A DNA stretch of 64,000 bases, from the NCBI GenBank assembly GCA_013239625.1, contig MU054323.1:8173220-8237219 (forward strand), given 5' to 3'. Origin of the DNA: Lama guanicoe. Its lineage: Eukaryota. Positions 1 to 11,270 of the stretch are shown piece by piece (the stretch's first letter is position 1; each line of letters begins with the position of its first letter). The notes under the pieces are model-generated. The model did not search any database. It was not told where the DNA came from and saw only the letters and a program-made list of their open reading frames with translations. The position numbers and the translations under genes are program-made.

Positions 1-23
1 TATAGAGATGAAAGAGAACGCAG

Positions 24-43
24 CCATCCATCCATCCATCCAT
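24..43. repeat. (CCAT)5 microsatellite
   Basis: Read directly from the sequence. Confidence 0.9.
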
Positions 44-532
44 CCCTACTTACACGTGGAAAACCAAGAGGGGACCTTGAAGGGACCAATGAGATGATGT
101 GCCGTAAGTGGAGGCAAATGATTTTTTCAACCTCTGAGCCCGAGGTTTGTTCATAAGAATAAAAAAGTTTCCTGGGGACACACAGTGGGAGAGGTAGCCC
201 ACCAGCTGTTGGAGAGGAAAGGGTGAGGTCCATGTGAGACCATGTTTGTTGGAAGCCAGGTGGGTTAGCCTAGCCCCCAACATGCCAGGGGAGGATGCCC
301 CTCTAGGCCTGTTGGATGAGTCCAGCCGGCCCTTCTCAATGCCAGTCGCTCTGCATGGGGCTCTCCTGCACAGAGGTGGAGGGTGGAGGTGGGGAGGGAG
401 CCTCCTCCCAGGAAGTGAGGAGCTCTGGGCAAGCCGCCCCTCAGGGTGTAGGCCCAGAATTGTCCCAGGAGAAAGGGAAGTGCTGGCTCCCCCCCTGGGG
501 TGGGGGCTCGTGCTGCCCCAAGGGTATCCTAC

Positions 533-591
533 CTCATCGAAGTCAGCCACATCCTCACAGTTCTCCAGCACCCGGGAGTAGAAGGATTGCC
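533..591 (-). CDS. OTOF: Otoferlin coding exon 2 (C2A domain); gene continues beyond the left edge
   Basis: Acceptor ttcctctttccccCACCCAG|, 59 nt translating (G)QSFYSRVLENCEDVADFDE, donor GAG|GTAGGA. Phase joins exon 1 exactly (79+59=138 nt). Confidence 0.96.
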
Positions 592-2350
592 CTGGGTGGG
601 GGAAAGAGGAAATTAGAGTCAGACACCCTGGATCACAAGCTGCGGTCAGATCTCTTGCCCTGGGAGTCATCATTACAGCACTGGAGTTCACACAGCCCTT
701 GTTAACAACTCTGGGACCTCCTATCTGTACGGCACCCTCCAGGATGAGGCGAATTCCCATATTGCCTTGTCTGACCCTCTCAGCAGCCCCGTGAGGCAGG
801 CAGGTCAAAGGCCATTAGCTCCATCTGACAAGGGGGACACTAACGTAAAAAGGCTGGTCAGAGGTAGACGTGGGAGTGGATCCCCGGTGTCTCCTCCACT
901 GTGCTGCATTCCCAGGGGCTCTCTTGGCCTCCTTTTGCTGCCTCTGCAGCTCTATTGGCTTTCCCTGGCCTGCAGCTCCTCTGAGCAGAAGCCTGGCCCC
1001 GAGGGCGTCGGTGCCTCCCAGCTGACAGCTCCATTCTAGAACTATGTCTGCAGCCAGCCCTGGGACAACCAGGCACATCCCAGGCCTTCTTTCCCATAAG
1101 AAGGGCCTTAACTTTCCTCTACTTTCCTTTTCCTACTGGCACAGGAAAGAGAGTGTGAGAGGGGCTGCATGTCCCTGGACCCCACCACCACCCCACACTC
1201 ATACACCACCCACTGAGGCAAAGTAAGGCTGCCCACTTCTCTAGCCCATCCAGTCAGAACAGGCCCAGGTTGCTGCAAGAACCACAACCAGGAGAGAAGG
1301 AGGGCAGGGGAGGAGACATGGGTCAGTCCAGTTCACTTTGAGAAACATTCACTGGAGTCTAGACATACTGAGCCACCTTCTGGAGATTTAAGACAGAGGG
1401 ATGGATAAAGTGCACAGGGTCCTGCCCTCAGGGGGCTGACGGTCAAGTAGCGGAGGGCAGGGAATCAGAATGTGTCACCAGGCCAACACCATTCAATACC
1501 CCAAGACACAATTTTGCATGAGATAGAGAAGTGGTTCAGAGAAGGAAGGATAAATACTGGGTTTTTTTTGGGGGGGGGGAGTGGGAATACATGGAAGAGG
1601 CTGTAATTTCTTTGAGGAGAAACCTAGAGATAGGGTGGACTAAAAAGAAATTATTATTTAGGAATAATAAATTAGTATCTGTTGACTGTACACCAAAAAA
1701 GTAGAATGTATAATAGAATCCTGTTTATTTAAAAAAAAAATCCAAGCCTAATTGTTTTATAGGTGAATGGATCAAAGTCTCAAACCATTGAAAGTGGTTA
1801 TCACTGAGCAGGGGGAGTGAAAAGAGACTGAAAGCAGTATCCTTTGGTTTTTTACTGCATACACTTGAATTTGACATTTTTTTCAATGACTGTGTTTCAA
1901 TTTTGTATTTGAAAGAAGGCTTTTAAATCCCCACCAACCTAAACTAGCAAACCATTTCACTGAAAGGCTACCTCCAGGTTGAACTCAGTCCCACTCTGAG
2001 GGTTAGTTTGGGTTGTCGCTGGTGGGCAGGCTGGGGACCCAGGAGAGACTTGGCAGTGGGGGAGCACGCTGTCTCTTCTCCCCGTGGTAATGCTGGAGAC
2101 CCAGCCGACCAGCGCCAGACCAGGGAGGAGTTGGACTGAGCCCTCTGTGACCCTTGGCAGTGACAGAGCTCTATCCCACTGCCCCTTCTCTCCTGGCCTT
2201 GGTTGCCTCACCTGGGTAATAAGAGAGTTGGTACAGAAATCTCTGAGGCCTGCCTGGTTTTTAGGATTCAGGAGCAAGTCCTAGTTCAGTACAAAGCTGA
2301 CAAGGAAGAGGTCAGGGGTTTGATGCCAGACTCAGGTGCATGGTCCGAGG

Positions 2351-2352
<2 letters not shown>

Positions 2353-2382
<30 letters not shown>
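2353..2382. repeat. (GT)15 microsatellite
   Basis: Read directly from the sequence. Confidence 0.95.
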
Positions 2383-2384
<2 letters not shown>

Positions 2385-5104
2385 TTGGAGGATGGAGGCA
2401 CATAAGGAGGGACTGCACCCAAGATAATGAGGAAGAAGCTGTAAGGCAAAAGCAATAGACACAGAAAATAGAGGTGAAGTAGACAGATGGGAAAGAAAGA
2501 CTCTTTAGCACTAGCTGGGGATAAAACACAACGAAACAAAAAACTGAAAAGAAAAATCTCAACCACAAACCACAAGGCAGGCTGGGGAGGGGAGGGAAGC
2601 ATGAGGGGTGGTGCCTGAGCTTTTAATTTTTCCCACAGGCAACACACAATGCTAATTGAGAATCAGGTGAGCATAGCTGTGCACTGGGGGTTCCCCCAAG
2701 GACCTGCTACTCTGCGTAATCAAAGGCCTTTTCATCCTGGAAGATGGTAATGAGCCTGGATGAGACTGTGTTCAAGGGTTTCCCCAGAGTGAAACTGAGC
2801 AACCTGGCCAGAAGGGAGGTGGGGAGGGAGCAGCCCAGTTGATGTCAGGGTTTGAATGTAGGACTCAAACCGGCCCCGGCTGCATATTTCCTACAGCCTC
2901 ATTAGAGAGGACGTAAAAGACCCTGAAATCAGCCATTGCAGAATGTACGCAGAAGGGCTGTGTAAAAACCTCATTGCCTCAGGCTCCGGGGATTTAAATG
3001 TGGTGAATATTGTCAAACAGTATGAGCTAAATTTTACCTCTAGATATTAAAAAAAAAAGTTTTGCTGAAAAAAAAATCAAATCAATGGTACAGAAACAGT
3101 GGGAAGGACAACTTATTAAGAAAACAGAATGTCCTTAAGCATGTTGGGAAAGCCACTTTTCAGGAGGGTTTGTACCGGGGAAGAGATCATTCCAGTGGTC
3201 TTTTTCTATTCATTAGGGCAGACCCCGGGGACCCCTGTCACCCCTTCCAAGTTATCAATGGGGATTACTAACCCATCTCTCATTTCAAGTTCATTTCCAC
3301 TTAACATCTATTCCACTCAATACCTGTCTTGACATTTCAGCTTCTTTTTAAATGATTTTCAGACAAAGCCATTTAAAATCCCAATATCCAATCACCCTTG
3401 TCGCCACAGAGATTGAGAATAAGGCTTGAGAGAAAGAACATAGCCTTGTTCCCTGCAGTGGAGAGGCTTTTGTGAATAGAGTGAGCGGATTAGGTGGGGA
3501 AATTTGAACAGCATCCTTCTTCCTTTGGAGGCTCATGGGACAGCTGAGCTGTTTGGTTTGAAATAAAATCCTCCTTGAGTCAATAAATGAAGTTTGGATT
3601 GCAGACTCTGTGCGCACAACTGTAACAGGTGCCACGACATCAGATATACCCAAATGGAGGGGCACAGGAGTCCAAAGCTTACTAGAAGTAAGTCATATGT
3701 CCTTTGCCGTTTTTAACTATTCATACTCCTAATTGGAGTTCTTGTCTCGTGTGCAGGATGGAGTGCTAGCTTTCATGTGATGTGACTTAAGGGTACAAAA
3801 CATCCCATCTGCACCGAACAGTTCTCTCTTCCAGGCAGTCTACCTTGCTAGAGCCAGACCTTGAGAAAAGGCAAGCATGTAGGGACTGGGCTGTGAGCTG
3901 CTGTGCCTTCATTCATCCCACATGTAAGAGGGTCTTCTGTTCCCACGGCACCAGCACAGCCATTCAGCTGTGGAGGAGGGTGGGCCAGGGGTTGTACAAA
4001 GATAATTTGCATTGGGATGCTCCCTGAACAATCTTGTTACAATCCAGAAGAGGGATAGGTCAGGAATGTAAAAGGCTACTACATAAGGCAAAACTTGGTT
4101 GTTGGCATGCAAAAAAGTGTAAGTAAAATGAGAACACGGGAAAAGGAGAAATGATCTCAACTTAGCAGCTCAAGGAAGGCATTTACACTGGAAGATCGGA
4201 TAGAATCTAGAAATGCAGGGAAACTTGGAGAAAGGGAGAGAGAAGGGACGTCAGGCAGAGAACGGTGATGTGAGCAAAGGTTTGAATGTGTAGAGCAGAG
4301 AATGGAGCCCGGAAGGAGACACAGGACAGGTGAGTTCTGATCGTGAAGGTGAAAGGGAAAAGGGTCTCCCCTCAGGGAGTAGCCCATCCATCCAAGGAAG
4401 ACCTGGATTTGGGGATGTTCTGGGGTCCTGGGCGAGCACATGGTGGGGGAGGAGATCCTAAAGTGGAAGGGAATAAGCTTCGGGGACATGATGGTTTTGC
4501 CCAGGACCTAGCCCCCTGGGCTGTATCAGTACTGGACACTCCTCTTGTCCCTGTGTGAGCTGAGAAATAGGGAAGGCACTCTGCTTGTGACCCAGACCCG
4601 TAACTGTTATTTCTTGGTGTTTATTTACAACCAGCCAAACCCGACTGTCTGCATTGCCTGGGAAGACACAACGGAGGGCGGCCTGGCCAGCACCCATTCC
4701 CTGCTACAACACTGTGACGTCCCACCCCCACCCCCCTTTCCTCCACAGCAGCTCAAGAGTGGTGGCCCCACTGTTTTCAATCCCCCCTAGTTCAGATCAA
4801 CCTGTTCCTTCTGAATGCCAGCTACTCCCACGAGTGCGGGGAAGCAGGGCCCAGGCATCCCTGTGTGTAGAAAAAAGAGCCAGGCTGAGTCAGGTTTGGG
4901 GCCTGGGATTGCGGCTCAGGGCTGGGAGGCCTGGAGCTGGCTAGTCAATCCCTCGGGGTCTCAGAGTCATTGTAATTACCCTGAGGGGCAATTACCCTAG
5001 ACGAACCTTCATCCTGGAACCACTCTGAAGGTCAGCAAAAGACTGCTTCTGTGAACGTCTGAGTAAAGCATCAAGTCTCTTACAAGCACAAGGGGCCACC
5101 GGAC

Positions 5105-5285
5105 GGGGGTTGAGACTCATGAGCCAGACTCTCTGAGTTCAAAGCCCCGCTCTACTGCTTGCTGGCCGTGTGCCCTTGAAGAAGTTCACCTGTCTTTGTC
5201 TTAGTTTCCTCATCTATAAAATGGAGAAAATGAAGTGCTTACACCTGGTACACAGCTCATTACCCAATTAAAAAATGGCTATTAT
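5105..5285 (+). mobile_element. MIR SINE
   Basis: GAGCCAGAC...GTTCAAAGCCCCGCTCTACTGCTTGCTGGCCGTGTG...CTTAGTTTCCTCATCTATAAAATGG. Confidence 0.75.
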
Positions 5286-5469
5286 TCTACTAAAGAGTTT
5301 CCTTTCTCCTTTTGACATGTAAGTTATGTCTTAAGTATAAAAATGGTTTCCTCCAACATTAACCACATTTTGTAGCTTATTTTAGTAGTATATAATCAGG
5401 AACCATTTTCTACCTCACCTTATATAATATTTTTCAAGATTCAGGTATTTTAAGGATGATTACCTCTTT

Positions 5470-6600
5470 TTTTTTAAATGGGTAAATTTTACATTCGCAG
5501 ATCTTAAGCACACAACTCAATGAGTTTTGATAAATGCGTATACTTGTGTCATCACCATACAATCAAGAACATTCCTAAGTCTTGAGATGTTCCCTTGTCC
5601 CCCACTTTCCAGTCAGTCTCTACCCTCCCTAGGTAAACCACTGCTCCGATTTCTAACTTTTGATTTTAAACTTTGTGTATAAATGGTATCGTACAGAATG
5701 TACTTTCTTGTGTCTAGCTTCTTGCAGTTAAGGTAATGCTTTTGAGATCCGCCCGTGTTGTTGCACGTATCAGTAATGCGTGCTTATTGTCGAGCAATTT
5801 CTGTCGTATGAATATTCCGCAACTTGCTGATCCATTTTCTCCGTGATACTTTTGGGGTTGCTTTCAATGTTGGGCTCTTGTGAGTAAAAGATACTCTTTG
5901 GGAACATTCTTGCAAAAGTATTTTTGTGGACCTACCATTTCATTTCTCCTGGGGAAGTATCCCAGAGCAGAATCACTGGGTCAGAGTGCAGGTATGTGTT
6001 TAACTTTATAAGAAACTGCTAAACAGTTTTCCAAAGTGATTATACCATTTTACAATCCCATCCACGGTGTAAAAAAAAAAAAGTAATTGTTCCTCATCCT
6101 CACCAGATTTGGGCATTGTTAGACTTTTACATTTTAGTGCATGTGAAATCATGTCTTATTTTGGTTTTGAGTATCATTTCTCTGATGACTAATGATGTTG
6201 ATCACACTTTCATGTGTTTATTGGCCATTTCTATATTTCACTTTTTGAAATATCTGTTTAAGTCTCTTGACTATTTAAAAAATATGGTCATTTGTCATTT
6301 TCTTATGGATTTGTCAGGGTTCCTTATATATTCTGGCTACTCATCCTTAAATGTCTTGTGAATATTTTCATCTGATTCTTTCTCATTACATTTTAAAATG
6401 TGTTTTTGATGAGTAGGAGTTTTTGGTATTTAAGAAATCCAATTTGTCAATTTTTGGTGAAATTGATTTATGTTTAGTGAAGCATTTAAGAAATCTTTGC
6501 CTAGCCCAAGAATATAATAAAAGTATTCTATAGTTTCTTCTAGAAGCTTACAGTATTTTTTCAAATGTTCAGTTTATGATCTATATTGAATTAATTTATG
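5470..6600 (-). mobile_element. Old L1 (L1M) 3' fragment in OTOF intron 1
   Basis: AT-rich, with typical reverse-L1 phrases (TTTTCCAAAGTGATTATACCATTTTACA, CATGTGTTTATTGGCCATT, AAATCTTTGCCTA). Boundaries approximate. Confidence 0.8.
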
Positions 6601-8259
6601 TGGGTGTTTGGCTCCCTGATCCCCCTTGGATAGGCAGCTGGAGGCGGGGGCAGTTCATAGTTGAGGATACTGAGCCAAAGAGTGTCAGTGCCACAGAGGA
6701 AGAAGAGTTCAAACCCACTAGGAAGTGAATACCTCAAAGACATACTGTTTCGTATTCATTGTGATGACCAAGCTCAGTGCTCAGCAGATGACTCAATTAG
6801 AAGAACTAGGATCAGTTCCCTGTCTTGAAGGTGTTTGAAGTTAGTGCAGCATGCAAACTGGGGCAGTTTCTGAACCGCAAAGCACCCTAGGTGAGCTGTG
6901 GGAGGAGCACGTACACAGTACTGCAAGGGAGGAGGAGGGCTTCGTGGAGGAGGTGATGGCTGAGCTGGGCCCTGAAGGATGCACAGAATCAATGGAAGTT
7001 CTCAAGGTGGAGGCAGCAGAAGAAATACGATGTCTCGAGGCTTGGAGACATAGAACCCTTGGCATCTTGGAGGAATGGCAGAAAGTTCAGTGTAGTGGGA
7101 ACGCAGTGGGGTGGGGTGGGGAGAGGGATAAGGAGGAAAAGTCAAAAGGATTGATAATGTATACCTCTGTGCCAGTTACCAGGTCAGGTGAATTACGTGG
7201 AAATAGGATCCAGCCTCCAGAGATTACCCATCTCACTCATCAAAATCCCCAGTCCCAGCTTTTTGAAAGCTCAGGGATGGAGAGAAAAAGATCATGAGGC
7301 TGGCTCCAGGCAGTCTGTCACTTCGTTCTCTGACAGCCCAGGGACCCATGCCTGAGGGTTTGGACCGGGCTGAGAACTGGGCAGATGGTTGGACTAAAGA
7401 AATTTAGAGGCCCTTCCACGGCTCTATGACTGATGCTGGGGATTACTTTGGGAGTTGAAAAAGGGCAAACCTTCAGCTAATACTGCCTCCTTTTGAGTAG
7501 TGACCTGTAGTCAAGATGGCTCCTCCCCAGGCAGCCCACCCCTGATCCTGGCTGCAGACCTCTGAGTTAGATGCGGACCATGGGCTCCATCTTGCTTCTG
7601 GGACATGGAGGCCCTGAGGCTCTGTGGTCTACATGCGTGATGAGGACTGAGGCCCAGACCTTCTGGTACCTCCTGTCTGACTCAATGGACTACAACTCAG
7701 CAGGGCAGGGCCTGTGTCTTCTTCATTCCCAGCCTGATTCCCGGCCTGGTCACAAACATCAGCGCATTCAGTGAGTGAAGCAATAAGGGCAGGACCAGAT
7801 TAAGAGTGGTGGTTGGGGTAGTAAGAGCCACGAGCTACAGATGGAGCTGGGTGGTGCATGAGGAGTGCGCCTGAGGGTAGTAAGATGGCCAGCTGACCTG
7901 GGTGATGGGAAAAGAGGGGTGGCCAGGGACAAAGCTGGTTCATGCCTGGCCCACGTGGGAACGGGGGCCTCTGGGGTGGTCTGCCCCAGGCCCGGGTTCC
8001 TGTGGAACATCTCAGCTGGGGGCCCTACAGAGCAGGGGCCAGGCCAGTTTCTTGCCACAGGTTGGGAACCACTCAGATGTGCTCTCCTCCCCTATTTATA
8101 GCTCACATGGTGCCCTCTCTAATCACTCCTGGCTGACAGAAGGAAGTTGGGCTCGAGAGAAGATGACTCAGAAGCCAGCAGCTGCCCCAAGTGGCAGTGG
8201 AGCAGCCACCTCACAAACACATCGATTGTTTCCATGCTCTTTCCTCAAACTCTCCCGTA

Positions 8260-8410
8260 CCTATTGCTTCACTGAAGCAACCTGGTGAGGTGGGTCTTAT
8301 CATCATGCCCACTTTACAGATGAGGAAACTGAGGGTCAGAGAGGTGAAGTAAGTGACAGAACCCTGGTAGGACCCAGGATTTCTGATGCCATATCTGGAG
8401 ATTTTTCCAC
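8260..8410 (-). mobile_element. MIR SINE
   Basis: CCCACTTTACAGATGAGGAAACTGAGG core. Confidence 0.75.
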
Positions 8411-9859
8411 CACAGCCCCAGAAGGCTCTTTCCTAAGTGTCCCAGGTGGCACAGCACAGAAAGGCAATCAGCTAGACTGGTCTACCTGGGCCACGCACAA
8501 CTCACCTAGAAGTCCCTCACCCAACCTGGCACTGAGTTTCACTCAAGGGATCTGGGACGCTCAGGGCCAGCATCTCCCTCTGATTGTTCACCAGCTTCTC
8601 ATTTCTGCCTGCAGGGTATATTTGCTTGGACACCAGTAGTTGTATGTGTCAGGAGACACTGTGGAACATTCTAGAATGAGTCAGTTCCTTCTGAATTGTA
8701 GTTAGTGTTGGTCTTTTGCGGCATCTAGAGTTGTCAACTGCTGGCTGCAGCAGGTGAATGGCCAGGGCTTCTCTGGTTCTGGAAACCTGTTTGCCATCTG
8801 CCTGTTTCTGCTACCCAACCCCCTTCCCCAGGAGCTCTGCCTGTGGCCGCCTGCTGCCGCTGAGGAGCTTGGAAGTGGATTTCTCCACTCAGTCCAGAGG
8901 GCATGGGTTGCAAATAGTCTAATTCCTGTGTGGTCCACTGAGGCTGGAGGACCAGCCCCACTGCTCAAAGAAAAAGGTGGGCTTCAGGTAGATTAAGTGC
9001 TCACCCCCTTGACCAGGAGGGGATAAAAAGGCTTTCAGGGTGGAGGAACCAGGACTGGGGGTGAGGTCTTGTGAGCTGGGGCCACCGTGCCTTGGTCCCT
9101 CCACCAATGCCATGCAGATCCCTTTAAGACCCAGCCTTGCTTTCTCTGCCTGCGAATGGGATTGGTTTGTGCAGCCTTGGATTGTCCTGCCATAGCTGCA
9201 ACCACACAGCGACCTGTAGCTAAAGAGCCAAATGCTGTGCTGTCTGTCCAACACTGGAACACATGTCACTGATGAAAGGACACACTTCCTTTCTCTAAAG
9301 CCAGCGCGAGCCAGCAGGTGTCACGCTGAGATGCAGAGACCCAGGGTGCTGCAGAGAAGGCAGTCTGGGCTGGTGTGGGAAGCAACAGGCAGCCTGGCCA
9401 GCCCTTCCTTTCCTTCCTGCCGGCAGGGACTCTGCGAACCCCCAGCCTCTGCCCTTCCCTATGTACAACAGGCCGCAGCGTAGACAAGCCAGGGACCCAT
9501 GCCCGGAGCTGGCCAGACTGGAGGGTGATGTGGGGGCCTGGGGGCACTGCTGGAGAAGTCCTGATAAGGCTGACCCTGGGTCTCACCTCTCCCTCCTGAT
9601 GCAGGTGCAGATGTGTGTCCAGCCTGGGCCTCGATGCTCATTTGCCTTTTCAATCTAGTGGGTTCTCTCTGCTCCTTCCTCCTCCCTACTCTCCCACCCC
9701 ACCCTGACCCTCAGACCCCTCTCTGGGGAGAAAGGGGGTCTAGTGAGGAGGACCCTAGCCTTTGCTCAAAGGCTGCCAGAGATGCCCATGGCCCAGGGGG
9801 CTGAGCTGTAGCCAGGCAGAGGCAGAGGTGGGTGGGTAAAAAGCAGAAGTAATCCTGGC

Positions 9860-10325
9860 CTTGTCTTTCCCTGCTTAAAAACCTTCAGGGACTGCCCACG
9901 GTCCTCCGGGTGAGGGTGGCTTTGCCTCCTGGGCTCTGCCCATCTCTCCTGCCTCAATTCTCGCACCAGCCCCATGGAGCCTCTGTTTCCATGTTCCAGC
10001 TCCTCTCCTGGCCTTGAGCATCCTGTCCCTTCTGCCTGCTCTGTCCTTACCTCCTTGCCTTGCTCTCTCCTGCTGGTTCCTTGGGTTTCAGTTGAGGTGT
10101 CACCTCCTCCTGGAAGCCTTCCCTGACCACCCTTCCCCCAGCCTAGGTCAGGGTGCTGCTTCTGGAGCTCACACACTACCCTCATCCCCATCTTCACCGT
10201 ATCACATACCTGTACTGTTGTCTGCCCACTGGTCCTCCTACCCCATCGGATGTGGGCTCATTGAGGGCAGGGCCTGGGTCATGCCCAGTCCCCAGCCTTG
10301 GCACACAAATCATGCTAAATGGTCA
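9860..10325 (+). mobile_element. L2 fragment
   Basis: CCTGCTTAAAAACCTTCA...GTCACCTCCTCCTGGAAGCCTTCCCTGACC...TGAGGGCAGGGCCTGGGTC. Confidence 0.7.
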
Positions 10326-10870
10326 CTGGCTGTGTGGGAGGACAGGAGGAAAAGAACCGGCAGAGAGGGAGGCTGGTGGGGTTCTCAGGATCCCTGCCCA
10401 CAGAGAGACCTGTGAGAAGCCAATGGTATCCCCATCATGCTGGTTTCTGGGAGCTTCCAGGGTCTTCTAGGATGTAGACCCTACCCCCACTCTCTGCAGG
10501 AGGGAGAGGAAGAAGGGGAGGGAGAGACTCTGCAGCGCTGGGCCCCTCAGTGCTGAGTGCCCCTCAGCCCAGGAGTGGGGTCCTCACTTTTGCCTTCCCA
10601 GGACCTCCTGCAAGTGGAGGGCTCCACCCCCCACCAAGGCATTGGCACACTGGCAAGTGCAGGGAGAGACAGACATGCAGACGTGGAAACATGGGGGACC
10701 CTGATGTTCAAGAAATCACGATGGCTAGTCAGGCCACGGGGGGCTGGCTGGCTGCTCCCGAGAAGCCTTATTGCCCTAACCCTACTAGAACTTTTCCAGT
10801 CCATCCTCCCCTCCCTGCCCTATCCCGTCAGCCCAGAGCTGGGGTCCCCATAAGTCAAGGCCTTCCCTAC

Positions 10871-10949
10871 CTCGGAAAGTCACTTTGGCGATCCGGTCGC
10901 CTCTGCCCCGCAGCTCCAAGACCGTCTTGAGGTGGACGAGCAGGGCCAT
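10871..10949 (-). CDS. OTOF: Otoferlin (long isoform) coding exon 1, start of C2A domain
   Basis: ATG at 10949 in GCCAGCATGG context. Translates [26 protein letters not shown](G), recognisable as the otoferlin N-terminus. 79 nt, followed by donor G|GTAGGG (phase 1). Confidence 0.97.
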
Positions 10950-11210
10950 GCTGGCGTGGGGAGCCTGGGCACTGCCAGGCGGGAGCAGCCGAGCTGGGGA
11001 AGGAGCGAGCTCTGGGGATGGAGCGCGGCTCGGCGGCACACACGCCTCCCTCCTCTCCGCTGCCTCCTCCTCCTCCTCCTCCTTCTCTCCCCTGCGATGC
11101 TGCCCACAGAGACCAAGGCAACCAAGCCAAGCTGCTCCTTCCAGCTACTCACAGAGACTCACAGCCCTGCCAGCCCCCGCCCCTCCAAGTTGTCAGCCCA
11201 GCGTGTGTGT

Positions 11211-11265
<55 letters not shown>

Positions 11266-11270
11266 ACGCC
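10950..11270 (-). promoter_or_regulatory. OTOF: OTOF 5' UTR and proximal promoter with GC box and repeats
   Basis: GC-rich leader with no upstream ATG. (GGA)7 on minus at 11063-11083, GC box CCCCGCCCC at 11175-11183, (GT)24 at 11214-11262. The TSS cannot be determined from sequence. Confidence 0.6.
11214..11262. repeat. (GT)24 microsatellite upstream of OTOF
   Basis: Read directly from the sequence. Confidence 0.95.

Noticed and set aside
50..808. 252-aa minus-strand ORF as a standalone gene
   Set aside because: Only 533-591 is coding (OTOF exon 2, bounded by AG/GT). The rest is open intronic frame with no recognisable protein.
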